A stretch of 23,048 nt of DNA from a virus (IMGVR_UViG_3300033119_001367), one strand, 5' to 3'. Positions 7,397-16,068 are shown, numbered from the stretch's first letter. Notes: a model not told the origin generated them from the sequence alone. A program made the numbers and translations.

Positions 7397-8779
7397 TTAA
7401 ACTTTAACAACTCTGTTACCTATAACACTGATCATATCCACAATTTCCTGTACTTCTGCATGGCTAATAGGTACTTCTTCCTCCTGGCACTTAATTACAC
7501 TATAATCCCTTTCTTTTAAAGCTTCCTGTAACTCTTCAACAGAGTAAGCATGGTATTGTTCATCAAAATGTACTATATCTACATCTTCATCCATATACTT
7601 ACCATCTTTTTCCTCTATTACAGCAGCTATAAACATCTCACTAACCCTCATCTTATTACCATCATAAATAGGTACACTTCTGATTTTAGCAGGATTTACA
7701 AGGCAGAGAACTTTTGTATCACCAAAACTTCCAATTCCAAAACTTCTGGAACCCACATGTAATCCACTACTACAATCTTGTCTGCTATCTACATCTACTT
7801 CTTCTTCAGCTATAGCATATACTTGTCCAATTCTAATATCCATACTATGGGTATGAGCATCTGTATACCTGTTTTCTTCTAAAGAACCTAAATTATTATA
7901 TAACTCCTGTAGATTGCCTTTAGAAATCTTTCTACCATCATCTTCAGAATTTATCTTACCCAATGAGTATTCCCCATCTTCTTCTAAAACACAGTAATTA
8001 GCAGGAGATTTCTTCCACTTTTTAACTTTAAAATACTCTGTAGAAACAAATTTACTCAATTCTTTGTCACTTTCTCCTACAGATACTATACCTCTATACA
8101 TGATAAGATTGCCAAGAGAAGTTATCCTTATATTTTGATTCCTGATAAACTTAAGAGCATCTTCTCTACTACTTTGTATAGGATTTAAAGCTAACTTTAA
8201 AGTAAATAGTTTTAAAGAAGTGTATTGAGTCATAAGGTCTTCATACTCTTTTCCATCATATAGTGGTTCTACCCATGCGTGATTCATTTTCTCTACAACT
8301 TCTATAAAAGCAGCTACTATAACTGCTGGTAAAGGCATAGAAAGCTTTTTAAGATAGATTTCTCCATTCTTAACTTCAAAATCTGCATGTTTTTCTAAAC
8401 AATTCCATTCCCTTCTAACTAACTCTTTTTCCTGTTTAGTTTCAATTTCCTTTGTGTTTATAACAACAGTTTCGTTTGGTAAGAAAAGTTCTATGATACT
8501 ATCTACTGTATAACAGTTCTTTACCTTCTCATAAAACTCTTTTCCACCTTCACTATTACTAAACAAAGTACCATCATGTAAGGTTACAATTACAGTTTTA
8601 TCTATAATCATAAGCTTTTTATACAGTTTTTGTTTAATTTCCTGTTCTTTTCTTAAATCTCCATCCACAGCTTCAATCTGTTTTTCTATTAATGTACCTC
8701 TTGCTTCTTCATTTTTTACCTGTTGGTCAAGAAGTCTTTTTCTTTTTGGGCTTAACAGCCAGTCAAAATTAAAATTCAT
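7397..8779 (-). CDS. rIIB: rIIB-like protein
   Basis: LALNP..SSREDALKFI, ITSLGNLIMYR and the DCSSGLHVGS motif; downstream of an rIIA-like gene. Confidence 0.8.
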   Translation of the reverse strand: MNFNFDWLLSPKRKRLLDQQVKNEEARGTLIEKQIEAVDGDLRKEQEIKQKLYKKLMIIDKTVIVTLHDGTLFSNSEGGKEFYEKVKNCYTVDSIIELFLPNETVVINTKEIETKQEKELVRREWNCLEKHADFEVKNGEIYLKKLSMPLPAVIVAAFIEVVEKMNHAWVEPLYDGKEYEDLMTQYTSLKLFTLKLALNPIQSSREDALKFIRNQNIRITSLGNLIMYRGIVSVGESDKELSKFVSTEYFKVKKWKKSPANYCVLEEDGEYSLGKINSEDDGRKISKGNLQELYNNLGSLEENRYTDAHTHSMDIRIGQVYAIAEEEVDVDSRQDCSSGLHVGSRSFGIGSFGDTKVLCLVNPAKIRSVPIYDGNKMRVSEMFIAAVIEEKDGKYMDEDVDIVHFDEQYHAYSVEELQEALKERDYSVIKCQEEEVPISHAEVQEIVDMISVIGNRVVKV

Positions 8780-8781
8780 AA

Positions 8782-9024
8782 TTAGTATATTTCTGTTTGT
8801 TTATTATTTTTTAATTCCTGTATATCTTTATGCCTTTCTTCTAATTCATCTCTTAAATCATCTATTTGCCCTTTTAAATCGTCTATTTCACACTCCAAAT
8901 CATATATTTTAGAATCCTTATCACTTACTTTATCTTGAAGATCTGATATAGTTCCTTCAAAACTCTCCATATCTGTACCCATATCTTCTACAAGAGCTAT
9001 TATATCTCTTTTATAATTAGGCAT
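8782..9024 (-). CDS. acidic coiled-coil protein ending in TEIY
   Basis: Heptad pattern ISDLQDKVSDKDSKIYDLECEIDDLKGQIDDLRDELEE. Confidence 0.7.
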   Translation of the reverse strand: MPNYKRDIIALVEDMGTDMESFEGTISDLQDKVSDKDSKIYDLECEIDDLKGQIDDLRDELEERHKDIQELKNNKQTEIY

Positions 9025-11308
9025 CTTGTAGTTCCTCCTCTAACTCTATTTCAACAGCTTGTTGGTTAAAAACTTCATCAGGCACTTTAGGCACAAGTTC
9101 CATATCATCCACTAACTGTCCATTAAGACGTTGCCATTTTAACATGATATATATCATATTTTTAGCAACTCTTAATTCTTCTGTGGTAGTATATCTATCA
9201 TCTAAATTTAATACGGATAAGAAACCAAACTTACTCATTATTTTCTTAAATTCCAAACACTCTGTATAGATATTCATATCCCAACAGTTTGTTTCTTCTG
9301 CTACTTCTAATAGTACAGATTTTAACTCATTATCCACATTATAATAGTTTTCCTGGCTTATATTTTCTAGATAAGTCTCTATTTGTTTCTTTAGTTCCTC
9401 ATATTTAGGAAAAGTTTTATAAATAATCTCTTCATTATTAGGTACTACTGATAAGATATTCTCTATAAATAATCCTGTAACTAACCTAGAAAAAGGCTTT
9501 GTCTTTTTTAATTCTTCCATATCTTTAAAATTATGTAAATCTTTAATGTGTTTTAATTCTCTCTCGCCAATCCATAGAAACTTAACACTTGGAAAAGCAG
9601 AAACATACTTATACAATTCTTCTTTATTAGTCTCTTTGTTTACCAGTATATTTAAACGAGAAAGTTTCCTTAAGTCTTCTATTTTACAAGTTTGCTTATC
9701 GTATACAACAGTACTGTCTCTTTTATGGGACCTGGCTATATTTAAAGTAATTTCTCCTTTTTGTTTATTAAGAGTTTTATAATTACCTACAGATATACCT
9801 TTCTCTCTGTTTTCTTTCTGTTTTAACTTCTTATCAGCTAACCAGTTAATATATTCATCTTTTAATTCTAATCCTTTTTCGTTATTCCATCTATCTGTAA
9901 CTTGTTTTTTAACAAATTGGAACTCCTTAATAATATTTCTCCAGTCTTCCTTTTTATGTTTAGATAACCACAAGGTCTGTTTATACCAATATAAATCTTT
10001 ATGGTATTTTTCTTGTACATATAAAATTCTAGAACCATATTTCTCTCTTAAAAACAATTTCAAGTTACCTGCTAAAACGAAATCTATAAGAACTATATTT
10101 CCTGGATTATCTATAGCTTTTCTTCCTAATTCCCAACTAATATGTTTTCTTTTCCATGTGTTATTATAATCATCAAAAGCTACTGTTTCATAACAATCCA
10201 GTAATTTACTAAATAGTGTTTTATAAAAAGAAACTGGTTTATAAGTAATACCTTCAATTTCAGGATTTTTTAGTACCTTACTAGACAGACTTACTATAGT
10301 ATTAATACAAAACTCTTTATCCCCTACAGTAACATTATAATCTGATTTATCAATAAAATCATAACCTTCAGGAAAAGTCTTAAAAGTCTCTATTTTTTCA
10401 TTATACTGATCTATAAACCAATCTGCAACCGCTTTTATCTTATTGAGTATCAACTCTTTAGACTCTGGAGTAAACATTAAGCTTTCCCTGGATATAGTTG
10501 GATTAACTTTATCACTGAGTTCGAGTTTAATAGCTACAGGAATATAAATATCTGACAATCCTAGTTTTGAAAAATCCATAGGGTAATATACTTCACCCAG
10601 ACACAAATGTAACTTCTTATCAGTAGTTATTCCTGACCATTTAAACAAATCATTCTCATAGATTTTATAATCATTATTAAATGACATATAATCATCAGTT
10701 ACAAATGTATTAGAAAAATAAGCAAGTTGTTCTCTGATTTTCCTAGAGAAAGCACTTGCGTCATAATTCTTAACTTCTAATATCATTTTTACCCCATTTG
10801 GTTCAGATGTATCCTGTTCGTGTAAAAGATCTATCTTATTACCAAATTCTCCTTCATACATGATATAGGTTCTTTCCTTCCCATTTTTTCTGCATCTAAA
10901 GGTAAATGAGTTAGTATAAGCTAAACCACTTTTAAAACCTACTCCTAAAGCCCCTAATTGAGTATTATCCTGCCTTTTTGTAGAACAAAGATATTTCTTG
11001 ATGACATTTTCCACATCTTGGTCATCTAATCCTAAAGCTGTATCTTCAACAGAGAATTCCCACTTGTAATAAGAAAGTTTTTTCAAACCAACTAAAACAG
11101 GATTATTAACACCAGCTTTTACATTTGCATCCCATGCATTACTTACCCATTCTCTGATTGGGCTGCCAATAGGATCTGAATAGATATTCTTACTCAAGAA
11201 ATTCATAAGAATACCTATACTACTCTCATCTATAACCATGTCAATACTTTGACTGGCTTCACCATCTGTTTGTACTTCTACTTGTTTCTGTTGATTTTCT
11301 ATAATCAT
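9017..11308 (-). CDS. rIIA: rIIA-like protein with an N-terminal GHKL (HATPase) domain
   Basis: IYSDPIGSPIREWVSNAWDA, VEDTALG, STKRQDNTQLGALGVGFKS and SRESL. Confidence 0.85.
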   Translation of the reverse strand: MIIENQQKQVEVQTDGEASQSIDMVIDESSIGILMNFLSKNIYSDPIGSPIREWVSNAWDANVKAGVNNPVLVGLKKLSYYKWEFSVEDTALGLDDQDVENVIKKYLCSTKRQDNTQLGALGVGFKSGLAYTNSFTFRCRKNGKERTYIMYEGEFGNKIDLLHEQDTSEPNGVKMILEVKNYDASAFSRKIREQLAYFSNTFVTDDYMSFNNDYKIYENDLFKWSGITTDKKLHLCLGEVYYPMDFSKLGLSDIYIPVAIKLELSDKVNPTISRESLMFTPESKELILNKIKAVADWFIDQYNEKIETFKTFPEGYDFIDKSDYNVTVGDKEFCINTIVSLSSKVLKNPEIEGITYKPVSFYKTLFSKLLDCYETVAFDDYNNTWKRKHISWELGRKAIDNPGNIVLIDFVLAGNLKLFLREKYGSRILYVQEKYHKDLYWYKQTLWLSKHKKEDWRNIIKEFQFVKKQVTDRWNNEKGLELKDEYINWLADKKLKQKENREKGISVGNYKTLNKQKGEITLNIARSHKRDSTVVYDKQTCKIEDLRKLSRLNILVNKETNKEELYKYVSAFPSVKFLWIGERELKHIKDLHNFKDMEELKKTKPFSRLVTGLFIENILSVVPNNEEIIYKTFPKYEELKKQIETYLENISQENYYNVDNELKSVLLEVAEETNCWDMNIYTECLEFKKIMSKFGFLSVLNLDDRYTTTEELRVAKNMIYIMLKWQRLNGQLVDDMELVPKVPDEVFNQQAVEIELEEELQDA

Positions 11309-11604
11309 AGGTATCCTTTTTGTTTTAAATAATTAATTGCTTCTAAATAATCTAATTGTTCCTGCCCTTCTAATTGTTCAGGATTTAATTTAACTATAGG
11401 GGAACTAAGAGGTCTATCTGTTCTATTTATATAGCTAGTATATACTTTTCCCGTAATAGTATTTTTACACCTTAAAACACCATATATAAACCAAAAATTA
11501 GGATTTTCTGCACTACCCAATCCTTTATAAATAGCAAGAATTATATAATTATTATAAGCTACACCTATTAAATCTCCTTTTTGTAAGTCTTTACAATATT
11601 TCAT
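11305..11604 (-). CDS. hypothetical protein
   Basis: 99-aa ORF; ATGA overlap with rIIA. Confidence 0.7.
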   Translation of the reverse strand: MKYCKDLQKGDLIGVAYNNYIILAIYKGLGSAENPNFWFIYGVLRCKNTITGKVYTSYINRTDRPLSSPIVKLNPEQLEGQEQLDYLEAINYLKQKGYL

Positions 11605-11616
11605 ATTAATTATTTT

Positions 11617-12042
11617 TTACATACTCTGTAGAGCAGCAATGTTATTAAATTTAAATTCTTCAAGTAATCTAACTGTTAAATAACAGAAAGTCTTAGGACA
11701 TCTGGTTTGCATAGAAGATAGCCCAGTTCCAAGTCCCTGGAAAGGAAAACAATATGCTTTAAAATTCTTCCCTTCAGCATATATTTTTATTTTAGCTATT
11801 TCTTCTTCTATTACTTTACAGTTTTCCATGTATTCTTCGTCATTAAAGAAATCTTCAGGTTTCATTCCTGGCTCTTTCTTAGTAGCTAATCCTATTGCAT
11901 TAGTTTGCTGCCTGATAACTGCCTGACCAGCTTCTCCTACTCTAAGGAGATTGTCTCCAAATATAAATAAAGTCTCAAAGTTTATTCTACATTGTTCTAT
12001 AGAAAAAAACTTACTTACCATTGTTTCCATTTTCTTTGTCAT
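11617..12042 (-). CDS. macrodomain-like protein (probable start 12021, MVSKFF)
   Basis: FIFGDNLLRVGEAGQAVIR and FPFQGLGTG resemble the N..L..GGG..AI and FP.I.TG phosphate-binding loops of macro domains. Confidence 0.55.
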   Translation of the reverse strand: MTKKMETMVSKFFSIEQCRINFETLFIFGDNLLRVGEAGQAVIRQQTNAIGLATKKEPGMKPEDFFNDEEYMENCKVIEEEIAKIKIYAEGKNFKAYCFPFQGLGTGLSSMQTRCPKTFCYLTVRLLEEFKFNNIAALQSM

Positions 12043-12229
12043 AATTAAATTTTAATTGTTTAAACATCGCTGAACTATAAGGGTCTTCTTCCTTTACCTC
12101 TAAATCTCTAATATGTTTATTAATACCAGAAGCTAATTCGTAAGTATCCTTATACTTACCTATATATCTCGTATTATGTATTGAGTTTAAAGCTCTTAAA
12201 GCCTCCTTTAACATATCTAATGTTGTCAT
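12011..12229 (-). CDS. hypothetical protein
   Basis: 72-aa ORF; ATGA overlap with the upstream gene. Confidence 0.65.
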   Translation of the reverse strand: MTTLDMLKEALRALNSIHNTRYIGKYKDTYELASGINKHIRDLEVKEEDPYSSAMFKQLKFNYDKENGNNGK

Positions 12230-12483
12230 ATATTCATATTTATATATCTCATAATAGCTATTCTTTTACTATACAACATATCATCGGGTATATAGAAAAA
12301 TAAAGATTGATCTATTAACCAACCATCTTCATCTACATCATCTCCAAAACTTCCATCTGGGGATATAGCATTAGATAAACTTTCTACACTTATTTTTCTC
12401 CAACTCTTATATTTCCATATATACAAATCTATAACAGGATATTGTTTATCCTTATACTCAATACTTGTAATCTCTCTGTCCAT
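12226..12483 (-). CDS. hypothetical protein
   Basis: 85-aa ORF in a packed run of small genes. Confidence 0.65.
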   Translation of the reverse strand: MDREITSIEYKDKQYPVIDLYIWKYKSWRKISVESLSNAISPDGSFGDDVDEDGWLIDQSLFFYIPDDMLYSKRIAIMRYINMNI

Positions 12484-12709
12484 CTTTCCAAGGATTTTCT
12501 GTAATAAAATAATTCATTCTGTTCACATAATGCCAACCAGGTAGTATATAACACTTTCCATTACAATCTACTAATGTCCATATTCTGTCTGGTAAAGTAT
12601 TTGTAACTATCTCATAATCATCTCCATAAGTCTCCCATAATATGTTATCTTTATCCCTTTCTACTGGTTTAAATTTGTCAAACCATACATCAAAATCAGA
12701 CTTTCTCAT
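12458..12709 (-). CDS. conserved-looking phage hypothetical protein (ETYG...IWTLVD...GWHYVNR..YFITE.PW)
   Basis: Start moved to the ATG at 12709, which overlaps the upstream TGA (ATGA). Confidence 0.7.
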   Translation of the reverse strand: MRKSDFDVWFDKFKPVERDKDNILWETYGDDYEIVTNTLPDRIWTLVDCNGKCYILPGWHYVNRMNYFITENPWKDGQRDYKY

Positions 12710-12963
12710 AAATATACATTTGACCACATGATAACTACTTCAAAACCATTTCCATCATCATAACTACCATAATCCAGATACATATCTACATCTTTATCTT
12801 TAGCCCCATGACTAGTGGCTAACTCAATAAATTCCTTTTCTGCTTGAGCTACTTGCCTTTTCTCATCTGTTTTATTCATTATGATATAACTATTTACATC
12901 TTCTAAAAGTCCATTTCTTATAGTTATAACATTAACTACTTGTAATTCTTTTACTTTTTCCAT
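12706..12963 (-). CDS. hypothetical protein
   Basis: 85-aa ORF with an A-rich leader. Confidence 0.7.
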   Translation of the reverse strand: MEKVKELQVVNVITIRNGLLEDVNSYIIMNKTDEKRQVAQAEKEFIELATSHGAKDKDVDMYLDYGSYDDGNGFEVVIMWSNVYL

Positions 12964-12975
12964 ATATTTTATTTT

Positions 12976-13707
12976 TTAAAAAGGTACTTCACTATCTAAC
13001 CACTCTAAATCTATGTTATTTATAGCTTTTAGGTCTTTAGCAGCTTTTGAAAAAACATGATTATGCTCCATTCTTCTACTTGCATAAGAAGCAGCTACTG
13101 GATGTTCACATTTATATATCTTATGTATAAAAGGATCAGTATACTGCTCAAGTTCCTGAGCAGCTTTACCCATGAGTATAAATATACTGGGTTTAACAAA
13201 TAGAATCTTTTCAAATACCTGTTTCCAGAAAGGTTTCCATAACTCTATATGTGAATCAGGTCTGTCTTTTACACAAGTAAGTCCTGCATTACAAAGCATA
13301 ATTCCCTGGTTAACAAGATACTGTAAAGATTTCTCATTTTTATCTCTTTCTAAAGCTAATCCATTATAACAATCATCTTCCATAGCATCATATAACTTCT
13401 CTAAAGAAGGACTTATTTTTCCATATTGGGAACAATCGAAACAAAGTCCAGATGCCTTTTTCATATTTAGAATTACCTGTGGATAGGGTGACATACCCAT
13501 TAATACCACATTAATCTTATTCATATCTATCTCAAAAGCTTTAAACACATTCTGGCTATCTGGGGTTATCTTATATTTTTGACCATCTTCTTTTAATTTC
13601 TGATAAATTTCATACACTTCTGGACTCTCTATGATTTCTTTCATTTGAGAATGCCATGAAGGATGAAACTTATCAGAAAATTTTGACCAATCAAGTTTAT
13701 TCACCAT
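12976..13707 (-). CDS. ung: family-1 uracil-DNA glycosylase homologue with non-canonical catalytic motifs
   Basis: VVLMGMSPYP (vs GQDPY), ASGLCF, PSLEKLY, QGIMLCNAGLT, SHIELWKPF, FILMG and HPVAAS (vs HPSPLS). Confidence 0.85.
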   Translation of the reverse strand: MVNKLDWSKFSDKFHPSWHSQMKEIIESPEVYEIYQKLKEDGQKYKITPDSQNVFKAFEIDMNKINVVLMGMSPYPQVILNMKKASGLCFDCSQYGKISPSLEKLYDAMEDDCYNGLALERDKNEKSLQYLVNQGIMLCNAGLTCVKDRPDSHIELWKPFWKQVFEKILFVKPSIFILMGKAAQELEQYTDPFIHKIYKCEHPVAASYASRRMEHNHVFSKAAKDLKAINNIDLEWLDSEVPF

Positions 13708-13915
13708 AAAGTATTTGCTTTAATTCTTTTTGTGTTCTTTTATAAAGTGCTTCTCTACATAATCCCTTCATATAATCCTCATAATTATATAAATTATTAA
13801 ACATATCATTTAGTAACTTATTTACTAATTTCTCTTTATTTTCTCTTTGAATTTTTGCTTTTGCAGGGTTTTTTCTTTTACAAACTGCAATTGGATTATT
13901 ATCTACACTACTCAT
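13697..13915 (-). CDS. hypothetical protein
   Basis: 72-aa ORF with short overlaps to both neighbours. Confidence 0.6.
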   Translation of the reverse strand: MSSVDNNPIAVCKRKNPAKAKIQRENKEKLVNKLLNDMFNNLYNYEDYMKGLCREALYKRTQKELKQILYGE

Positions 13916-14150
13916 CTCCTAATACAATTACTAGTTTATCATCAGATATAGTAATTTCCCAAGGAATTTCCTGTTTCTCAGTAACTTTTTTAATAGTGTC
14001 TATAATATCTGAATTTATAGTATCTGAACCATCACTAATGTGTAGTTTATCATCCATAAAGTTCACACTAAAATAACAACTACCATAAGTATCTCTTAAT
14101 TTACCTACTATTTCAGGTAATTTACTCAACAAAGTTTTTTGACTAAACAT
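13908..14150 (-). CDS. hypothetical protein
   Basis: 80-aa ORF with an A-rich leader. Confidence 0.65.
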   Translation of the reverse strand: MFSQKTLLSKLPEIVGKLRDTYGSCYFSVNFMDDKLHISDGSDTINSDIIDTIKKVTEKQEIPWEITISDDKLVIVLGDE

Positions 14151-14403
14151 ATTATATTATTTTTTAAATTAATAATCAATTTCAATAAAGAATTTTACAC
14201 CATTTCTTAATTCAGGATAATTTTCCCATATCCACGTATCCATAGGACTTCTAAGATGTTCTAACTCTTGCATCTCATATTCCACATAACACCCATTCAT
14301 AAAATCACTAATCCAACTATTTTCAGTTAAATCTTCAGGTATTTCACAATAAGAGACTACTTTACCACTTATTTCTTTTAACATTATATTATTTTTTAAA
14401 TTA
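14151..14403. repeat. 21-bp exact direct repeat at the two junctions flanking ORF 14169-14384
   Basis: ATTATATTATTTTTTAAATTA at 14151-14171 and 14383-14403. Confidence 0.75.
14169..14384 (-). CDS. hypothetical protein (71 aa, MLKEISGK...)
   Basis: Start moved to 14384 to avoid a long overlap with the upstream ORF; the leader matches the other genes. Confidence 0.65.
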   Translation of the reverse strand: MLKEISGKVVSYCEIPEDLTENSWISDFMNGCYVEYEMQELEHLRSPMDTWIWENYPELRNGVKFFIEIDY

Positions 14404-14628
14404 TTGAATTTCAACATAGTAATAATTTTCATCAGAATATTTCCCAGGTAATATTTCACGGTTTATACAATCATAAAATAACTCTGATGGTAAATCATCA
14501 TGTACCATATCAGAGTCACATAAAGCATCAAATCCATATTCTTTAAACCAACTAAAAAATACTTCAGCTTGTTCATTATTATTAAATTGTAATGTAACTT
14601 TACTTGCTTTATATTTCTTTTTACTCAT
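14401..14628 (-). CDS. hypothetical protein
   Basis: 75-aa ORF starting 1 nt after the upstream stop. Confidence 0.65.
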   Translation of the reverse strand: MSKKKYKASKVTLQFNNNEQAEVFFSWFKEYGFDALCDSDMVHDDLPSELFYDCINREILPGKYSDENYYYVEIQ

Positions 14629-14629
14629 A

Positions 14630-14827
14630 TTATAATAATTTTTTTATGTAATTAACTCTTGCAACATAGGCTTCTTCAGGAGTAGTGAAAGAACCTACTA
14701 CTTTAGTATAGGACTTTCCAGTTATTCTCATAGTTATAACAGCCTGATAAACATTGTGTCTAACCATGTGCACACCTTTATAACCAGATTTTCCTATCTT
14801 TTTTTCTGTTTTATTTATTGGTATCAT
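14630..14827 (-). CDS. stand-alone AP2-like DNA-binding domain protein
   Basis: KSGYKGVH....VYQAVI....GK....VGSFTTPEEAY.AR matches the AP2 domain pattern seen in phage HNH-AP2 proteins. Confidence 0.7.
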   Translation of the reverse strand: MIPINKTEKKIGKSGYKGVHMVRHNVYQAVITMRITGKSYTKVVGSFTTPEEAYVARVNYIKKLL

Positions 14828-15798
14828 ATTATTTTTTTATATTTTAATAAATTTTCTAATTCTTTTAATCCATATTTACTGGCTAAACTAAAAAAATCAT
14901 TTACTTCAGGAAGATACTCATTAGGTGGATTTATCCAACCCCAACCAAACTCTTTTGTAATAGCTATGGATTTCTTTTTCCCATCATCATCACTACCATA
15001 AGCAATATATATATCTGTGGATTTCTCAACTATTCTCTTAACAGTGTTCTCATCAAATATCTTAACATGTTCAGCTTGTGTAGCTATTACATGGGGATAT
15101 AGTAATGTAGTAACTATCATATCCTTTGGACTTTTCTGAATGATAAGTTTATCACAACAATCCAGATTACCATAATTCCACAAATACCTATAACTTACAT
15201 TGTTTATAAACCTAGCTTGACCTTTTCTATCAGGAAAATACAGTTTTACTTTATCTTCCTCTGAGCAGTAATATGCAAAGACTCTTTCTTTTGGGTCTAT
15301 ATATAACTTCTTATAGTTTAAAGATGCGGATTTAACTGCAAAACAATTAAATTTTTTACACCATTCTTCGGTTACTTCAGCAACATTCCAGAATTCATGA
15401 TGTCTTTTCTGAAAAGGCATAGTTACAAAAGATATATGGGCAGGCTTTTTATTTAATTCCGTCATAGGTACTGTATACAAAGCTTTACTAACACTTTGTT
15501 TACCTCCGAGTCCAAAATCCCATTTAATCTTATCCATAGCCTCCTGAAAAGTCAATCCAAAGAGTTTTTTAACAAAATCTATTGCATTACCACTATCTTC
15601 TCTGGCTTGGTCCTTCCATAACCATACTCCATTATACAGAAATACTCCCCAAGAAGGTTGTCTATCTCTTCCCCAAGGTCTTCTCATGGATCTACCTACT
15701 TTTTCAGTACAATATTTTTCATATATCTGAAGTCCTCCTCCAGTATAGAACAATATATCATCTACAGTAAGTAATTTAGGCTTTCTTTCACCTCGCAT
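14824..15798 (-). CDS. dnaG: DnaG-type DNA primase (divergent)
   Basis: ZBD-like segment PSWGVF...WKDQ...SGNAIDFV..LFGLTFQEA, plus TOPRIM-like LIIQKSPKD and IAYGSDDDG. Confidence 0.75.
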   Translation of the reverse strand: MRGERKPKLLTVDDILFYTGGGLQIYEKYCTEKVGRSMRRPWGRDRQPSWGVFLYNGVWLWKDQAREDSGNAIDFVKKLFGLTFQEAMDKIKWDFGLGGKQSVSKALYTVPMTELNKKPAHISFVTMPFQKRHHEFWNVAEVTEEWCKKFNCFAVKSASLNYKKLYIDPKERVFAYYCSEEDKVKLYFPDRKGQARFINNVSYRYLWNYGNLDCCDKLIIQKSPKDMIVTTLLYPHVIATQAEHVKIFDENTVKRIVEKSTDIYIAYGSDDDGKKKSIAITKEFGWGWINPPNEYLPEVNDFFSLASKYGLKELENLLKYKKII

Positions 15799-15799
15799 T

Positions 15800-16012
15800 C
15801 TAAATTAGTTTTTGTAATTCTTTTATAAAAGTTTGTAACTCTTTTTTTGGAATATATACTTTTGCCCTGGTGTAACCATTCTTTGAATTAATAGGTGATA
15901 AACAAATATCCAATCCATCATTATACATAACTATACCCTTCTGTCTTGTATAACCATTTCTACCTAAAGCCCTACTACTACATTCTTTTTTAAATAATAT
16001 TTCTCTTATCAT
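15800..16012 (-). CDS. hypothetical protein (70 aa, MIREILF...)
   Basis: ATG at 16012 preferred; the track's TTG start lies inside the hairpin. Confidence 0.65.
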   Translation of the reverse strand: MIREILFKKECSSRALGRNGYTRQKGIVMYNDGLDICLSPINSKNGYTRAKVYIPKKELQTFIKELQKLI

Positions 16013-16047
16013 AATAAATAAAGCCCTGCCCAACTAAGGACAGGGCT
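16012..16047 (-). terminator. GC-rich hairpin with a U-rich tail after the SSB-like gene
   Basis: AGCCCTG (16022-16028) / CAGGGCT (16041-16047), 12-nt loop with extra CC/GG pairing, followed on the minus strand by TTATTTATT. Confidence 0.7.
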
Positions 16048-16068
16048 AGGATTTAAAGTGTTAATTAA

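Noticed and set aside
11591-11605. TAT GAA ATA TTG TAA (YEIL*) overlapping the MKYC start
   Set aside because: Immediately preceded by an in-frame stop, so it is not a protein tail. It shows that T-ATGAAATAT starts generate YEI automatically, a caveat already weighed in the array finding.
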